Under the pieces are notes generated by a model. The model searched no databases. It saw only the letters and a program-made list of their open reading frames with translations, and was not told the origin of the DNA. 64,000 nucleotides of DNA, from NCBI GenBank assembly GCA_000091205.1, contig AP006487.2, one strand, 5' to 3'. Made by a program: the position numbers and the translations under genes. Of this stretch, positions 30,958 to 42,115 are shown piece after piece. The number at the start of each line of letters is the position of its first letter. Position 1 is the first letter of the stretch. The DNA comes from Cyanidioschyzon merolae (lineage: Eukaryota).

Positions 30958-33900
30958 ATGCACCCCCCAGCGTCACGTCCAGCGTTGATCGCCGCCGCGG
31001 CTTTTTCGATGTGCCTGCGGCGATTCGAAATGCGCGTCACGAAGGCGCGGTGCAGCGACGCGGCGGGCGCGCTCCCTCAGGTTCCTCGGGGGCGTACTGC
31101 GCAGGTTCTGGCGTTCCGGGGTATGGAGCTTGCTGCCAAGCGCTACTCGACAGCGTTCTGTGAACGACCGATCAGAGCGTGGAGAGAGCACAGTCCGGCT
31201 CGGTCATCTGTTGTATTAGCGCGGCTGCTTGCAGAGGACGCGGTTGCTGCGGAGGTGCGGAACGATTACGAAGCTGCCTACGAGCGGTATTTCGCTTCGG
31301 CAGACGCTCTCTTCCGTGCCGTACAAGTTTTGGAAGCGTGCCCCGATGATCAGGTGCTGACTAGTCATGATCCGGTTGGTGAAAGAGTCCACGGTAATGA
31401 CTTTCAAAAAGAGACCCCAGAGCGGGCGCGGGGCTCAAGTCCGCTCCCCAGTGAGACGTTGCGCACGCTCTGTTATCGGCAAATCGAAGCGCTCATTGCG
31501 CGCTGCGAAGCCATTCGAGAGTACCTGTACGCGTCTGCCATGGCCAACGAGGACGCATCCGACTCGTCGCTTGATGAAAACTTTCTACACATTGGATATT
31601 CGCCTGGAGAGAAGCTGCGCTCGGAAAAGCCCCGTTGTACCGGTAGCGACAGCGGAGACAGAGAGCAGGTCGGATCTGCACTTCGCCAGCGCCTAGAAGC
31701 GTGTCGAGCGATGCAGGAGGCGCTTGAGCAGAGTCGCTCGGCAGCATGGCTCATGGATGCCACCTTGCTCGTTCAGCGGAATCATACGAGCGCCCGCATT
31801 CCGCTGCAGAAAATCCCCGAGCGTGCCGTTCCGTCGGAAGCAGCGCCAAAGCGAAACCTAGCAGCGGGAAAATTCGATGAGCGCTGGAATCTTGTTCCAG
31901 GCTCTGATCCCGTCCACATCTCTTCTCCGGGTGACGAAGCGCGTACACCGTCACCAGCGCAGCGCAGGCTCGCTCGGGGACTCGCTTGGATGCAATCACC
32001 GAGCACGCCATCCGAAAGCGATGCGTCTAGTGCGACAGCAGCAGTACCAGCCGCAACAGCTAGTGCGCACAGCAGTTTCGTGTCTCGTACACCGCAGATA
32101 CTAGCGACGACAACGGTCGAGACGCCTCGCCAACGTACGGAACCGGAGCGCCTTATCGCAAGATCGCCCAGTGATGCCCGTCATGAAAGTTACGCGACAG
32201 AGAGCAATCTTTCTCACGGGACGCAAATGACCGCTTCATATCGCTCGCGAGCTGTGAAACCTACGCTGGTGGACGAGCGGCCGCCCACAGTGCCAAGCCC
32301 GTCCGCCTCTTCAGCGCAAGCAATCCACCGCCAAGCAACCAAACCGGAGCAAGACGTCAGACAAAGCACGCGGGGGCATGCAGCGGCGCGAGCACCAGCT
32401 GCATCCGCAGCATCCGACGATGCTGTGAGAGGCAACCGTTCATCAGCAAGCCCCAGTGAGGCTTCGGAAATCCGCTGGCCCCAACGCCTGGAGTTTGTCT
32501 CCTCTGGAGAGCGTTCACTGACGCCAGAAAAACCACGCACACGAACAGACGATGCACATGTCGCTGCAAATTCATTGGATAGCGATATGAGATCCTTTCG
32601 CACGGCGCCGGATGAACGGAATCCGGATACACCAGCCGAGCGCACCCTGGATGTGGCTGCATCTGGTTGCTCGGGAATCGTCCCGGACCCCAGTGCCGGA
32701 GACGAAGATATTCTCGTTCATACGCAAGCAGCAGCAGCAGCAGCAGCTGCTGCTGCCGAAGCCCGTCTCGTTATTCAGCAAGAGCTCGCTCGACGTTTCC
32801 AGGAAATTCGCCAGCAGCAGCGGGAGCATGCACATCCCGCACACCCCGAGCAACAGCAGCGGGAACAACGAGACCGTGCGACTGATCAGCAGCTGGATGT
32901 ACGAGATACCTCGACAGTGGCAGCAGCAGCAGCAGCAGCCCCGTCGATCCGTACGGATCCGAGCGTTTTCGAAACGACTTGCTCGTCGGAGTGGTGCTCA
33001 AACCAGTCCTCCATTTCCCGTTCGCGATACGAAGCGATGAAGACGCGTGTAGCACTCATGAAAGAGCGCCTCGGCAAGATGATGCTCGCGGGCACCTGCT
33101 CGACAACGATCGTCATGAGTGCAGCGCCTGCCGAAGATGCCACCCGTTTCCCCAGACACGAAGCACCACCCAAAACGACTGCTGCTGCAATGCAGACACG
33201 GCACACGGCGAGTTCGCCAAGTTCCCTCGGTGCCGCATCGAATGCGCTTCAGCTAAGTCATGCTATCGTGAACCTCCATGCCGGTACATTCGGGGAGTTC
33301 AAGCGCCTCGAACCGCTGCCAGCACAAGCGGCGACACGCTGGAGCATGGAAATCGACTTTCTGCTATCGCCATGTGAGCAGATCGTCGTTCGTACGCCAG
33401 TCAGACGAACACTTCCAGACGGAACCAGTGTTGAAGTGTTAGAGAGTCGTCTGCGCGCAGATATCGGAGAGCACCTTCCACGACTACGCAGTTTGGATCA
33501 TGCGATCCGAGAAATGCTGCGTTCCTTTCGAGAGCTCAGCGGTGTGCTTCATTACGAATCAACGGCTACTCGAGGACCGGACTGGTGGATTGAACGCCCA
33601 CGAGTTCCCACCGAGGGCCTATCACCAGGCATCCGAGCGTTGTTGCAGCGCTCGTTCGCCGAGGCTCAAGATATCCAGCGCGTTGCTCGCAGCATTAACG
33701 AACAGGTCTTGCGTTCGATACCTTGTCCAACCCGCGAGTATTCCTGTAGCTGTTTCGGGTATGATCTCAGCGAGCTGACCAGCGCTTGGTCGCTGACCCC
33801 ACGGCGACGTCCGCTTATTCGCGTCCGCGAGGTGCTTGGCCCAGACCTCTACGAAGCAGTGACCAAGAACGCCGCCTTCAGTGCCGTTGCCTATGCTCGA

Positions 33901-34884
33901 ACTGCCGTGCTCCGCTTGTCAACGGATGCTGTGCTGCCGCTGGGCGTCGACGCGGATGCACAAAACGCAAAACTAACCCAACTGGTGGAGCGTCTGGAAA
34001 GAGCCGAGTTTGTGTATCGGCTGAAGATTGACAGACTGAACCAAGCAAGTCGCTTTGGGATTCCATGGCGCCGGGAGAAGCTCGAGCGTTGCTATGCTGC
34101 ACGTCGTCGGTGTGAGCGAGGTGCACACGCTTTACGGGAGATATTCACGGGGGTAGGCCATACAACCAGAGATCAGTGTGCCATTCGTTACAATACGGAT
34201 GTGGGCACAGCGATTCTCGAGGCATACGCCCGTGTTCTGGAACATCGGGCTGCGGCGATTGGCAAGCGCATTCGACTGGTACTAGAAGCGGATCAGCGAC
34301 AGCAACAGCAACTACAACAACAACAACATCAACGGCTGCGGTCTGGACGAGCAGGTGTGTCCCTGCGAGCATCAGGGTCGCGGCTGGAGCTTTCTAGTAC
34401 GCAGCGTGCCGACGCTTGTAGCAGCAGCAGCAGCAGCAGCGGCAGCAGCAGCGGCAGCAGTAGCAGTGGCTATCCTGCGAGCGACTTGCCGCCGCCGCCG
34501 CCGCCGCCGCCGCCTGCACTTGTGGAACGTCCTCGGACGATGCCAGCGGGTCTCTTTGCTCGCCAGCATCGCAGCAGCGCCTGTCGCTCGCACCACTGCC
34601 ACGCTGAGGAGCTCACCACCGAGGCCAGCGTATCGCAAGGCATGCGTTGCGGAGCTGCTGTTTCAGCGAACAAGGCATCACGCACTGATCCTCTCGCTGC
34701 CGTGAGAGACAGCGGCGCAGAGACGCTTCCGGTGCGACGCACGACGGCCTTGGCACTGTGGACGAACGCTCACCCGCCTGCACCAGAGCAGGCTATCGAC
34801 ACCAGTCCTGCATGTGGTCGGTCGGTGGTATCGAAGCAGCGAACGTCTCCAGAGACGGCATCCGAACATGAGCGACCTGCATAG
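30958..34884 (+). CDS. Large (about 1308 aa) low-complexity protein with an N-terminal MIT-like three-helix domain and an uncharacterised conserved-looking C-terminal region
   Basis: Residues about 90-200 follow the MIT pattern: helix 1-2 VLARLLAEDAVAAEVRNDYEAAYERYFASADALFRAVQVLEAC and helix 3 LRTLCYRQIEALIARCEAIREYLYAS. Several poly-Ala, poly-Gln and poly-Ser runs. The C-terminal about 450 aa (about 33200-34300) is non-repetitive and domain-like but I could not place it. The ORF-track start at 30949 is GTG, so I used the first ATG, 3 codons in. Confidence 0.5.
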   Translation: MHPPASRPALIAAAAFSMCLRRFEMRVTKARCSDAAGALPQVPRGRTAQVLAFRGMELAAKRYSTAFCERPIRAWREHSPARSSVVLARLLAEDAVAAEVRNDYEAAYERYFASADALFRAVQVLEACPDDQVLTSHDPVGERVHGNDFQKETPERARGSSPLPSETLRTLCYRQIEALIARCEAIREYLYASAMANEDASDSSLDENFLHIGYSPGEKLRSEKPRCTGSDSGDREQVGSALRQRLEACRAMQEALEQSRSAAWLMDATLLVQRNHTSARIPLQKIPERAVPSEAAPKRNLAAGKFDERWNLVPGSDPVHISSPGDEARTPSPAQRRLARGLAWMQSPSTPSESDASSATAAVPAATASAHSSFVSRTPQILATTTVETPRQRTEPERLIARSPSDARHESYATESNLSHGTQMTASYRSRAVKPTLVDERPPTVPSPSASSAQAIHRQATKPEQDVRQSTRGHAAARAPAASAASDDAVRGNRSSASPSEASEIRWPQRLEFVSSGERSLTPEKPRTRTDDAHVAANSLDSDMRSFRTAPDERNPDTPAERTLDVAASGCSGIVPDPSAGDEDILVHTQAAAAAAAAAAEARLVIQQELARRFQEIRQQQREHAHPAHPEQQQREQRDRATDQQLDVRDTSTVAAAAAAAPSIRTDPSVFETTCSSEWCSNQSSISRSRYEAMKTRVALMKERLGKMMLAGTCSTTIVMSAAPAEDATRFPRHEAPPKTTAAAMQTRHTASSPSSLGAASNALQLSHAIVNLHAGTFGEFKRLEPLPAQAATRWSMEIDFLLSPCEQIVVRTPVRRTLPDGTSVEVLESRLRADIGEHLPRLRSLDHAIREMLRSFRELSGVLHYESTATRGPDWWIERPRVPTEGLSPGIRALLQRSFAEAQDIQRVARSINEQVLRSIPCPTREYSCSCFGYDLSELTSAWSLTPRRRPLIRVREVLGPDLYEAVTKNAAFSAVAYARTAVLRLSTDAVLPLGVDADAQNAKLTQLVERLERAEFVYRLKIDRLNQASRFGIPWRREKLERCYAARRRCERGAHALREIFTGVGHTTRDQCAIRYNTDVGTAILEAYARVLEHRAAAIGKRIRLVLEADQRQQQQLQQQQHQRLRSGRAGVSLRASGSRLELSSTQRADACSSSSSSSGSSSGSSSSGYPASDLPPPPPPPPPALVERPRTMPAGLFARQHRSSACRSHHCHAEELTTEASVSQGMRCGAAVSANKASRTDPLAAVRDSGAETLPVRRTTALALWTNAHPPAPEQAIDTSPACGRSVVSKQRTSPETASEHERPA

Positions 34885-34974
34885 ATGACGGCTTTGACCC
34901 GTCTACGCGGCATCTTTTCGAATGAACATCCCTCGAACAGTATGCTCATGGAGCGCGTCCGGCTTTCGTGAAGG

Positions 34975-35340
34975 TCATCCGCTGAGAGCGATGGCGGCAT
35001 GTGTCCGACGAACGCTCGAGCTTCGTTCACCGCGTCGACTCATTCTGGATCGACGCTGACGCAGGCACGTTTCGTAGGTATCGGCATCCAGGTTCATGAG
35101 CAGGGTCTGCAACTGTCGTGTCAGCTGTTGGATGCGCGAGTCCCAGTGACGCGCGTTCACGTAAATAGCCTCGGCGAGTACCGGAAACGTATCACTTCGA
35201 TACAGCAACAGCATTTGGCGAAACCATGAACGCGGTGTTTCCAACGCGGGATGCTGCTTGCGTCCATAGGTCTGCTGGTGGACTCCATGGTGTCCAGCGG
35301 GTCTGGACTCGTCAGCGGTATGGTGCAGCAAAGCGCGTCC

Positions 35341-35379
<39 letters not shown>

Positions 35380-35595
35380 ATCATCATCGTCGTCATTGTC
35401 ATGAAGAATGCGATTGGGGGTCGCATGGCCAACTGCGTCCCAGGGGTCGCCCGCTGAGCCATACTCGCGCCCCGAGTCATTCTCCAGGAGCAGCAAAAGC
35501 GCCTCCTCGGCGACGTCCCGGTGCGCAGAAGTCATACAACGCGCCAGTCGGCGAAACACCAGAGGCACCAGCGATGCATCGCGGGAATCGGGTGC

Positions 35596-35632
<37 letters not shown>

Positions 35633-37746
35633 AGTCCACGCGCTGGTGCTGCCCGCCATTGCTGCTCCAACAACGACGCCATTTCATCGAGAAAGAGCAT
35701 CTCTTTGCGCGTATGACTCACTGGCCAGTGTCGAAGCAGGTACATCACCGTAGCGGTTGCCAGCGTGCTGTCCTTGGCAGCAAACTGAAGCGCACACTCT
35801 ATGAGCTCCGTCGCGTACACCACGTATCCATCTGGTGCGTGAAGCGGAAGCAACGCCTGACAATAAAACTCCGCATGCTCTCGCTTGAGCGGTACAGCCA
35901 ACCCCTGGATAATGAGCACCAGAATACTCAGCAGATCGGCAAGTCCACGCACCAGCTGTGCATACGCAACGCCATCGTAGCGATAGGGCAAGCAAAGATC
36001 GCAACTGATGCGACTGCGGATCAGCGTTCGCAGGTCCCGAAAACGCGCATAGATACGGTACAAACAGATCTTGACGTATTCGCGTTCGTAAGCGGGTGCC
36101 TGGAACAGTCGCAGGATGTGCGGAATGAGTCGTTCCCAGAGATCCACGCGTGTGGTCGGCGAGACGGCCACCAGACCAGCCAGTCGTTGCTGACGTACGT
36201 CGGTATCGTGGCGTTCGGGGTCCAGGAACTCGAGCACCAGCGCATACGCACACTCGACCTGGGGCCACCAGGTATCGCCTGCCGTTGGGTCAGTGTCGCC
36301 TGCCGCTGGAGCCGGGCTCCGGCTCGATACGCTGGTAGGCACCGGTTGCCCGCCAGGCAAGCTCCATGGAACGAAGACCTCGTCGTCGGCGAGCGCAAGA
36401 CGCTCGTCTTCGGACATGGGCGGTGGCTCCCTGGCTGCCAAGTGCTCATGGACGAGAATCAGTAGCGCGCTGTACACTGCGGCGTCGGGGGCAAACGCGT
36501 CTGGCTGGGTCTCGGCCCAGTCGACCAGGTCGTTGAGTGCCTCGACTCGTTGTCGCACCTGAGCTGCATGGCGAGCGTCCCAGCTGCGACTACTGTATAA
36601 CGGTTGGCTGCATGCCTGCAGCTGATACAGGAAATCGTCCTGACTGCGTACCTGGGAACGTCCGCGGGGCGATCGACTGTGACCCGCGTCCGAGGACGAC
36701 TGGGATCGACGAGAGCGCGACCTTGAGCGTCTCTCGCGGAAGCTCGGTGGTGCCGCGGCGCGTGCACCCGCAACTCCGTACAATGAGGCAGGAGCATGGA
36801 AGCTGGTGCCGAATGCGCCCATACCGCTGCCACCCGAGGACGCTGTGCCGTTCGGTGCGGCACCGGGCTGACGCTCGCTTGCAGCATCTGCCAGCGAAGC
36901 GACGCTTGGTAGCGAAGGAGTACCAGCACCAGTGGCGCCAGCGGATGACGGCGGTGGCGAGCCTACCGGGGTGCCTGTGTCCGTCGCCCAGGCGGCAGAG
37001 CGCCAGCGCCACGCGTCGCTTGGGGCGTCGGGGCGCGGGCCGCGGCGCTGGCTCCACACTGCAGCAAACGCGCTCGATGTTCCCGCAATGGGCATCGGGG
37101 GCGACTGCTCGTGACTCGCTGCTGCCGAGAGGGCAGGCTCGGGTATGGGCTCCTCGGCGGCTCCCGGGTCGCAGGGCCTCGGCCACGCTGTCCCCAGCGC
37201 CAAAGCCTGGTGCGCAGTCCGCTGCTGATCGACAGCGTCCGGCACTGTAGAGTCGCTCGAAGTGCTCTCGTCGTCGGTTTCGCTTGTGCCGGGCGAGTAT
37301 CGAGACAGCGGCTCAGGTCGCGTCATCGTATCGCTGCTGGGATAGCTGACGCTGCCCAGTGTACCAGCACTGTTCCCGTGGGCGCTGCGCGCCGACGTGG
37401 ACCGGTGCACGTCGCCGGCTCTGCGCTCGGCTGCTCTGGGAAAGCCAGACGACATCGGCTCGCTACTCGCCATTTGGCCAGATATTCGGCCAGTCTGCGC
37501 TGTCTGCAACGCCGAGGGACTCGAACGCTCAGCGCCTGTCCTGTGTTCGATGACGGTCAGTCGATCGAGTGCCTGTAGCGCTGCCACCGAACTGGGGCGC
37601 GATGCTCGACGTTCCGAGTCGCTGCGACTCGGCGACGCAACAGCCGGTGCTGGCAGCTGTGCTTTGGCCTCTGGCCCCAGCGGTACACTCGACTGGGGTG
37701 ATGACGCTGCTGCACCATGTTTCCTGTCTCGGAAGGGCCACCGCAT
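34975..37746 (-). CDS. PP2A regulatory subunit B56/B' (PR61) family, 923 aa; about 450 aa Ser/Pro/Ala-rich N-terminal extension, poly-Q and poly-D inserts
   Basis: B56 core motifs in order: FLDPERHDTDVRQQRLAGL, ICLYRIYARFRDLRTLIRS, HAEFYCQALLPLHAPDGYVVYATELIECALQFAAKD, YLLRHWPVSHTRKEMLFLDEMASLLE, VFRRLARCMTSAHRDVAEEALLLL. ATG start. Confidence 0.85.
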
Positions 37747-38119
37747 CAGTTAAGCGGCCGTTGCATACGCCGTTTACGTTTCAGGAGAAATAATGATACC
37801 CGAATCGGCGCGCTGGGCGTTGCTCTCGGCCATCGACGCCGAGCGCCGCTGGGCGCGGCATATCATCGTCGGGTGCGGCTGCGCGCCTGTGCTCCCTGGT
37901 CCATCAGTGATGCAGCTGGGCTCGTGATCATCACAGCAGTGCCCGCTGGAGTACCTTCTGAAGCATGGTATTTGCATTGGTTTGTGTTGCGCATAGGTAG
38001 TCAACGCATGGCATGGATGTGCGCGCTCGGCTGCAACCAGCGGATGTGCCGAGACGTGGTGCGGTCGCTGCATGGGGCTACGAGAAGAAACGGGCATTTA
38101 TTGTACAATTCAGTCATCC

Positions 38120-38260
38120 TATAGGTACTCGCTGGATCTCGGATATTCTGGTCGTTTCGTACGTCCTATCGTATGTGCCTACTGCCTGCCGAAAGCGACA
38201 GCAATAGCGCCTACAGCGCCGATGCGGTCGCTGCACGGAGACAGAACGGCGTTGCCGTGC
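38120..38260 (+). repeat. Copy 2 of the short dispersed element (see 20165-20290 and 55390-55580)
   Basis: DNA alignment to the other two copies as described for copy 1. It lies in the divergent intergenic region between the B56 gene (ATG at 37746) and the MARVEL-like gene (39767). Confidence 0.75.
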
Positions 38261-39766
38261 ACCATACGGAGGGCGTCGGCTCGCGTGTCATCGCTGGATG
38301 CGCCTCGTTTCTCGAGTCCGTTTCCTGTGTGTGTGGTATGCGCGTCAACCGGGCCGTATTCGACGCTACCTACGCGACTAGGTCCTTGGAAATCCATAAA
38401 GGTACGATTGACAAGTCATGGAATGCAAAGTTTTCGTCCCGTTGATACGAACGTCGCTGAAGGGAAACGGATGCATGCAGGGGTACGCACGCTGGCGTGG
38501 GAGAGCTGCTCGCGCGTTCATCGATACTCGCGATCGATTTCGTGCGGGAACGCGAATACTGATTGCAACACGATCGGCTATTCGTCTCATTCGGACGGAA
38601 TGTATCCGGGGGCTACATGGTATACTCGTCTGTGGGTGCAAACTTAGTGCAAAGCGCTACTCGTAGATCGGCGACCGGCGTGCATCCCGACACCTCGAAT
38701 TCCGTCGTACGCATGCAGGATGCACGGCTTTGCACGCTTCATTCAGCGCGTTCGTAAGCGTCTGCACGGCTCTTGCAGACCAGATTCGCAAGCGTCGAGA
38801 TGATCAAGCCGGTGCTCGCCGATGATTCGTATTGTAGCGAGACAAGACGTGTGCTCTCGCCAGTTCGTTCAGCGCTTTCGAAAAGAAAACGACCGACAAG
38901 CGGCATCGTTTACTGGTGCTAGCCTCTGTCGCAAGACGTGCCGTACCGTGTCAAGGCCGTGCGCTTGCGCTTTCGATAAGAACGCCCAACGCGTGCTGGA
39001 ATCGACGCAGTCAGATTCCCGTCGATGCCCCCAGGGCGACAAGCATGCATCGGCATCTGGGGCGCGCGCTGAAACTGGTAAATATAACCATCACGTAGCG
39101 GTTTCGACGTTCGAATGGCCTCAGCATCGTGCTCCTGTTGGAGATAGGGCCTGGATCGATCCAGCGACCTCGTGACTGCCAGTTTGATCAGGGCGCTTGA
39201 TCCGTCACGCGTCGATGTATCGTTACCGCGTTCGCGATACCTCCACCGAACGAGACGCCCGTGTTTGTCCTCGCGTCATCCCAGGGCGTAGCGACCTTGA
39301 GCGGCAACACCCGAAAGCACGCGCGCATGCCACAGCCCGTCATCGCTGCATCGGGACGCGCGCAAACTGCCGAATCCTCCCCGAATGACCCAGAGGTTTT
39401 CCGTCTCGATCATCAACTCGTATCCGTGCATTTAGCGAGGCGTTCCGGGATACGCGTATGCCGTCTGGTATCAGGAAAGCAGCACACACGCTTCTGTGTT
39501 TATGTTTATGCGGGTGCATATGCCTTGGCGTTCACCACTCGACATTATTCCAGAATCCGTGCACGCGATGCTGCCTGCAGCGCGCCTATCGCCACCGCGC
39601 GGACACGTCGCGCACGCGATCTGCGCGCCAGCCAGCCGTTGATGCGTGTCCTGCAATGCGTGTATTTTCTGTTTTACGTGACGTGTTACGTTGCCGCCTT
39701 CTTCACCGGTGCGCTTTGACGAACATTGCCTTCGAGGCGGCACGTTTCGTAGTGGATTGATTTTTC

Positions 39767-40723
39767 ATGGATTTCGAGCAGGGCTGGTCACAGAGGGCAC
39801 AGCGACCGGAGACACAGCGTGCTGAGGGGTCGCGCTGGACCCCAGACCCCAAGACGCGACCTGTTGCCAGCGAACGCAACGCTCGACCCGCTGGCGACGC
39901 GTACATTCCGAGCACTTCCGTTCAAGGCTGGAAAGCTGCACCAGCGCCGGTGGAGCTTGGCAACGACACACTCGACGACACGGACTCGGTGGGCAACGTT
40001 GGTGGTGGCGGGCCCCAGACGGGTCCCACGAAGGTCGGCGCCGGTGCCGCTGAACCCGCTTTGACGTTCGGTGCGGCGAGTGTTGGACCCTTTCCACCAG
40101 AGCAAGAGCCGGTGTGCCTCTGTCGTGTGCGCTCAGTGGGTGAACTCGCGTTTCAGACCTGGTGCAGCCTGTCCAAGACCCTGCTCTATTTGTGTGAGTT
40201 TACCTGGGCAATCGTGGTTTTCGGTGTGACAGCGAATTCCCTGTACAATGGGAGTCAGTGCGCGCTGTCGAGCACGAACTCGACGGCGCTTTGCCGCTAC
40301 GCCATCGCCCTGGGAGTCATCGGCTGGGTCCTCGTCCTGATCCTGTCTGTTGTGTATTTCGCAACCAACGCACTGGCGAGGATTCTGCCGCCCGTGTACG
40401 AGATGATCGTGCAGTTGTTTCTGATGGTCTGGTGGTTCATCGGCAGTGTTGTGATTAGTGCAAGCCTTGGAAGCTCCTCTCCGAATCAGGTCAGCATCAA
40501 TACGGTAATTGCTTTTAGTTGGATGCTATTTGTCATGCATTTGGTGCACAGCGGTATTTGTCTTTGGCAGTGGCTGGAATCAGCCGGAGTGCTAGCAACG
40601 AAGACGACGACGACAACAACAACAACAACGACTATTGCGCGTGAACAGCACGCACCTGCGACGCGAAAGACAGGACCGCCATCACCGGTTCTAAGTGACC
40701 ACACGGTGCACAGCGGCGTGTAG
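39767..40723 (+). CDS. Four-transmembrane MARVEL-like (physin/CMTM-like) membrane protein, 318 aa, poly-Thr tail
   Basis: Four hydrophobic segments of about 20 aa: LLYLCEFTWAIVVFGVTA, AIALGVIGWVLVLILSVVYF, MIVQLFLMVWWFIGSVVISA, VIAFSWMLFVMHLVHSGICLW. Spacing and conserved Cys/Trp positions are typical of MARVEL domains. ATG start. The family call is tentative. Confidence 0.45.
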   Translation: MDFEQGWSQRAQRPETQRAEGSRWTPDPKTRPVASERNARPAGDAYIPSTSVQGWKAAPAPVELGNDTLDDTDSVGNVGGGGPQTGPTKVGAGAAEPALTFGAASVGPFPPEQEPVCLCRVRSVGELAFQTWCSLSKTLLYLCEFTWAIVVFGVTANSLYNGSQCALSSTNSTALCRYAIALGVIGWVLVLILSVVYFATNALARILPPVYEMIVQLFLMVWWFIGSVVISASLGSSSPNQVSINTVIAFSWMLFVMHLVHSGICLWQWLESAGVLATKTTTTTTTTTTIAREQHAPATRKTGPPSPVLSDHTVHSGV

Positions 40724-41675
40724 AAGTCGATGCGGTCCCAGAGCGCAGTGCGCTGCACGGACGGTGTCCAGCGTCTGGAGCCGTCAAGAGTCGTGAACGC
40801 TGGTTTGTTCACAGCGTTTCGGCTGGATTCGGCGGCATCGGGGTCATCGTGTGGTTCGCGGATGCATCATCTCGGAGACGTTCCCTGCTGAGCCGCATCT
40901 TGTTTCGGGGATTTGTGCGAACACTTGTCGCAGGAAAAGAGGGAGAACCACGCGATCGCTGGCAGCGTCGTATGCAGCGATGTCGTCACTGAGTGGTACG
41001 GCTTGAGCGCGTTCAATTTAGCGATGCTCGCTGGGAGCTATTTTGTCTCTGCGGAAAGGCAGTCGTCGAGGCTGTTCATACCAGATGCTTCATTTTATCG
41101 AGCAGCGCAGACGATTGTTGTTGAATTCGCTATTGGACGGAGGAGAACAGCGCGCTTGCGCTTGCTTTTGGAGCGAATTGCATCCGAGCGATGCCCGGAG
41201 AGCGCGCATGCACGCTCTGTCTTTTGCACGCGAGTATCATGCGCACTCAAAGACTAGAGATCTGGAGAGCAGTTTGAAAGCCCCTAGCGCGCTAGCATTT
41301 GCCTAGGTCGGAATGCGCTTCCAGCGATGGATCTGAGCCCCGAGCGCCGTGCAAGCAACAGCGAAGCACATGCCGCAGTTGCCAAGAACGCAACCACGGG
41401 TTTTTTGTCCGCAGGCGTCCCGCGTGAGCGAAACGCAACCGAGTTCAGTGCTTGCTGGCTGAACACCCGAAGATCGTGAAACGCACACTGTCCAAATCAT
41501 CGATATAGTAGGATGTCCAAATAGACAGCATGCTTTAGAGCTACTCGAGGCATGGTAAAAAGATACAAGGCACCGCATCTGCATCGTCTACGCAAATCTG
41601 CACCGCGATCCCAACGACAACGAGCCGCAGCAGCCGAGTCCGACGAGGCATGCGCACACATCGAGTATCGAACAG

Positions 41676-42115
41676 CTACCGCTTGCACAAAGCAGCACCG
41701 CCATCATGAAAGGTAAAGCACGCGATGCGTTTGAGCGTCAAAGGCAAACACCCGTGTCAGTTTCAAATGGAACGGGTTCACTAGGCTACCGCTTGCACAA
41801 AGCAGCACAGCCATCATGAAAGGTAAAGCACGCGATGCGTTTGAGCGTCAAAGGCAAACACCCGTGTCAGTTTCAAATGGAACGGGTTCACTAGGCTGAC
41901 GCTTGCACAAAGCAGCACAGCCATCATGAAAGGTAAAGCACGCGATGCGTTTGAGCGTCAAAGGCAAACACCCGTGTCAGTTTCAAATGGAACGGGTTCA
42001 CTAGGCTACCGCTTGCACAAAGCAGCACCGCCATCATGAAAGGTAAAGCACGCGATGCGTTTGAGCGTCAAAGGCAAACACCCGTGTCAGTTTCAAATGG
42101 AACGGGTTCACTAGG
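41676..42115 (+). repeat. Minisatellite: 110 bp unit x 4 head-to-tail copies (>95% identical)
   Basis: Unit ctaccgcttgcacaaagcagcaccgccatcatgaaaggtaaagcacgcgatgcgtttgagcgtcaaaggcaaacacccgtgtcagtttcaaatggaacgggttcactagg, repeated from 41676 to 42115 with 2-3 substitutions per copy. 110 is not a multiple of 3, so it is not a coding repeat. Confidence 0.9.

Noticed and set aside
35659-36465. Long ORFs antisense to or overlapping confirmed genes (e.g. 35659-36465 + inside B56, 10634-11284 - inside PEPC, 27774-28676 - inside RPC2, 59127-60047 - over the Myb gene, 36537-37250 +, 1115-1573 + opposite the ankyrin gene)
   Set aside because: High GC depletes stop codons, so all six frames show long open stretches. 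These ORFs give Arg/Ala/Pro-rich nonsense translations with no motifs, while the opposite frames carry unambiguous conserved domains.
41676-42115. CRISPR-like array
   Set aside because: Units are contiguous 110 bp near-identical repeats with no unique spacers, and the context is eukaryotic. It is a minisatellite.
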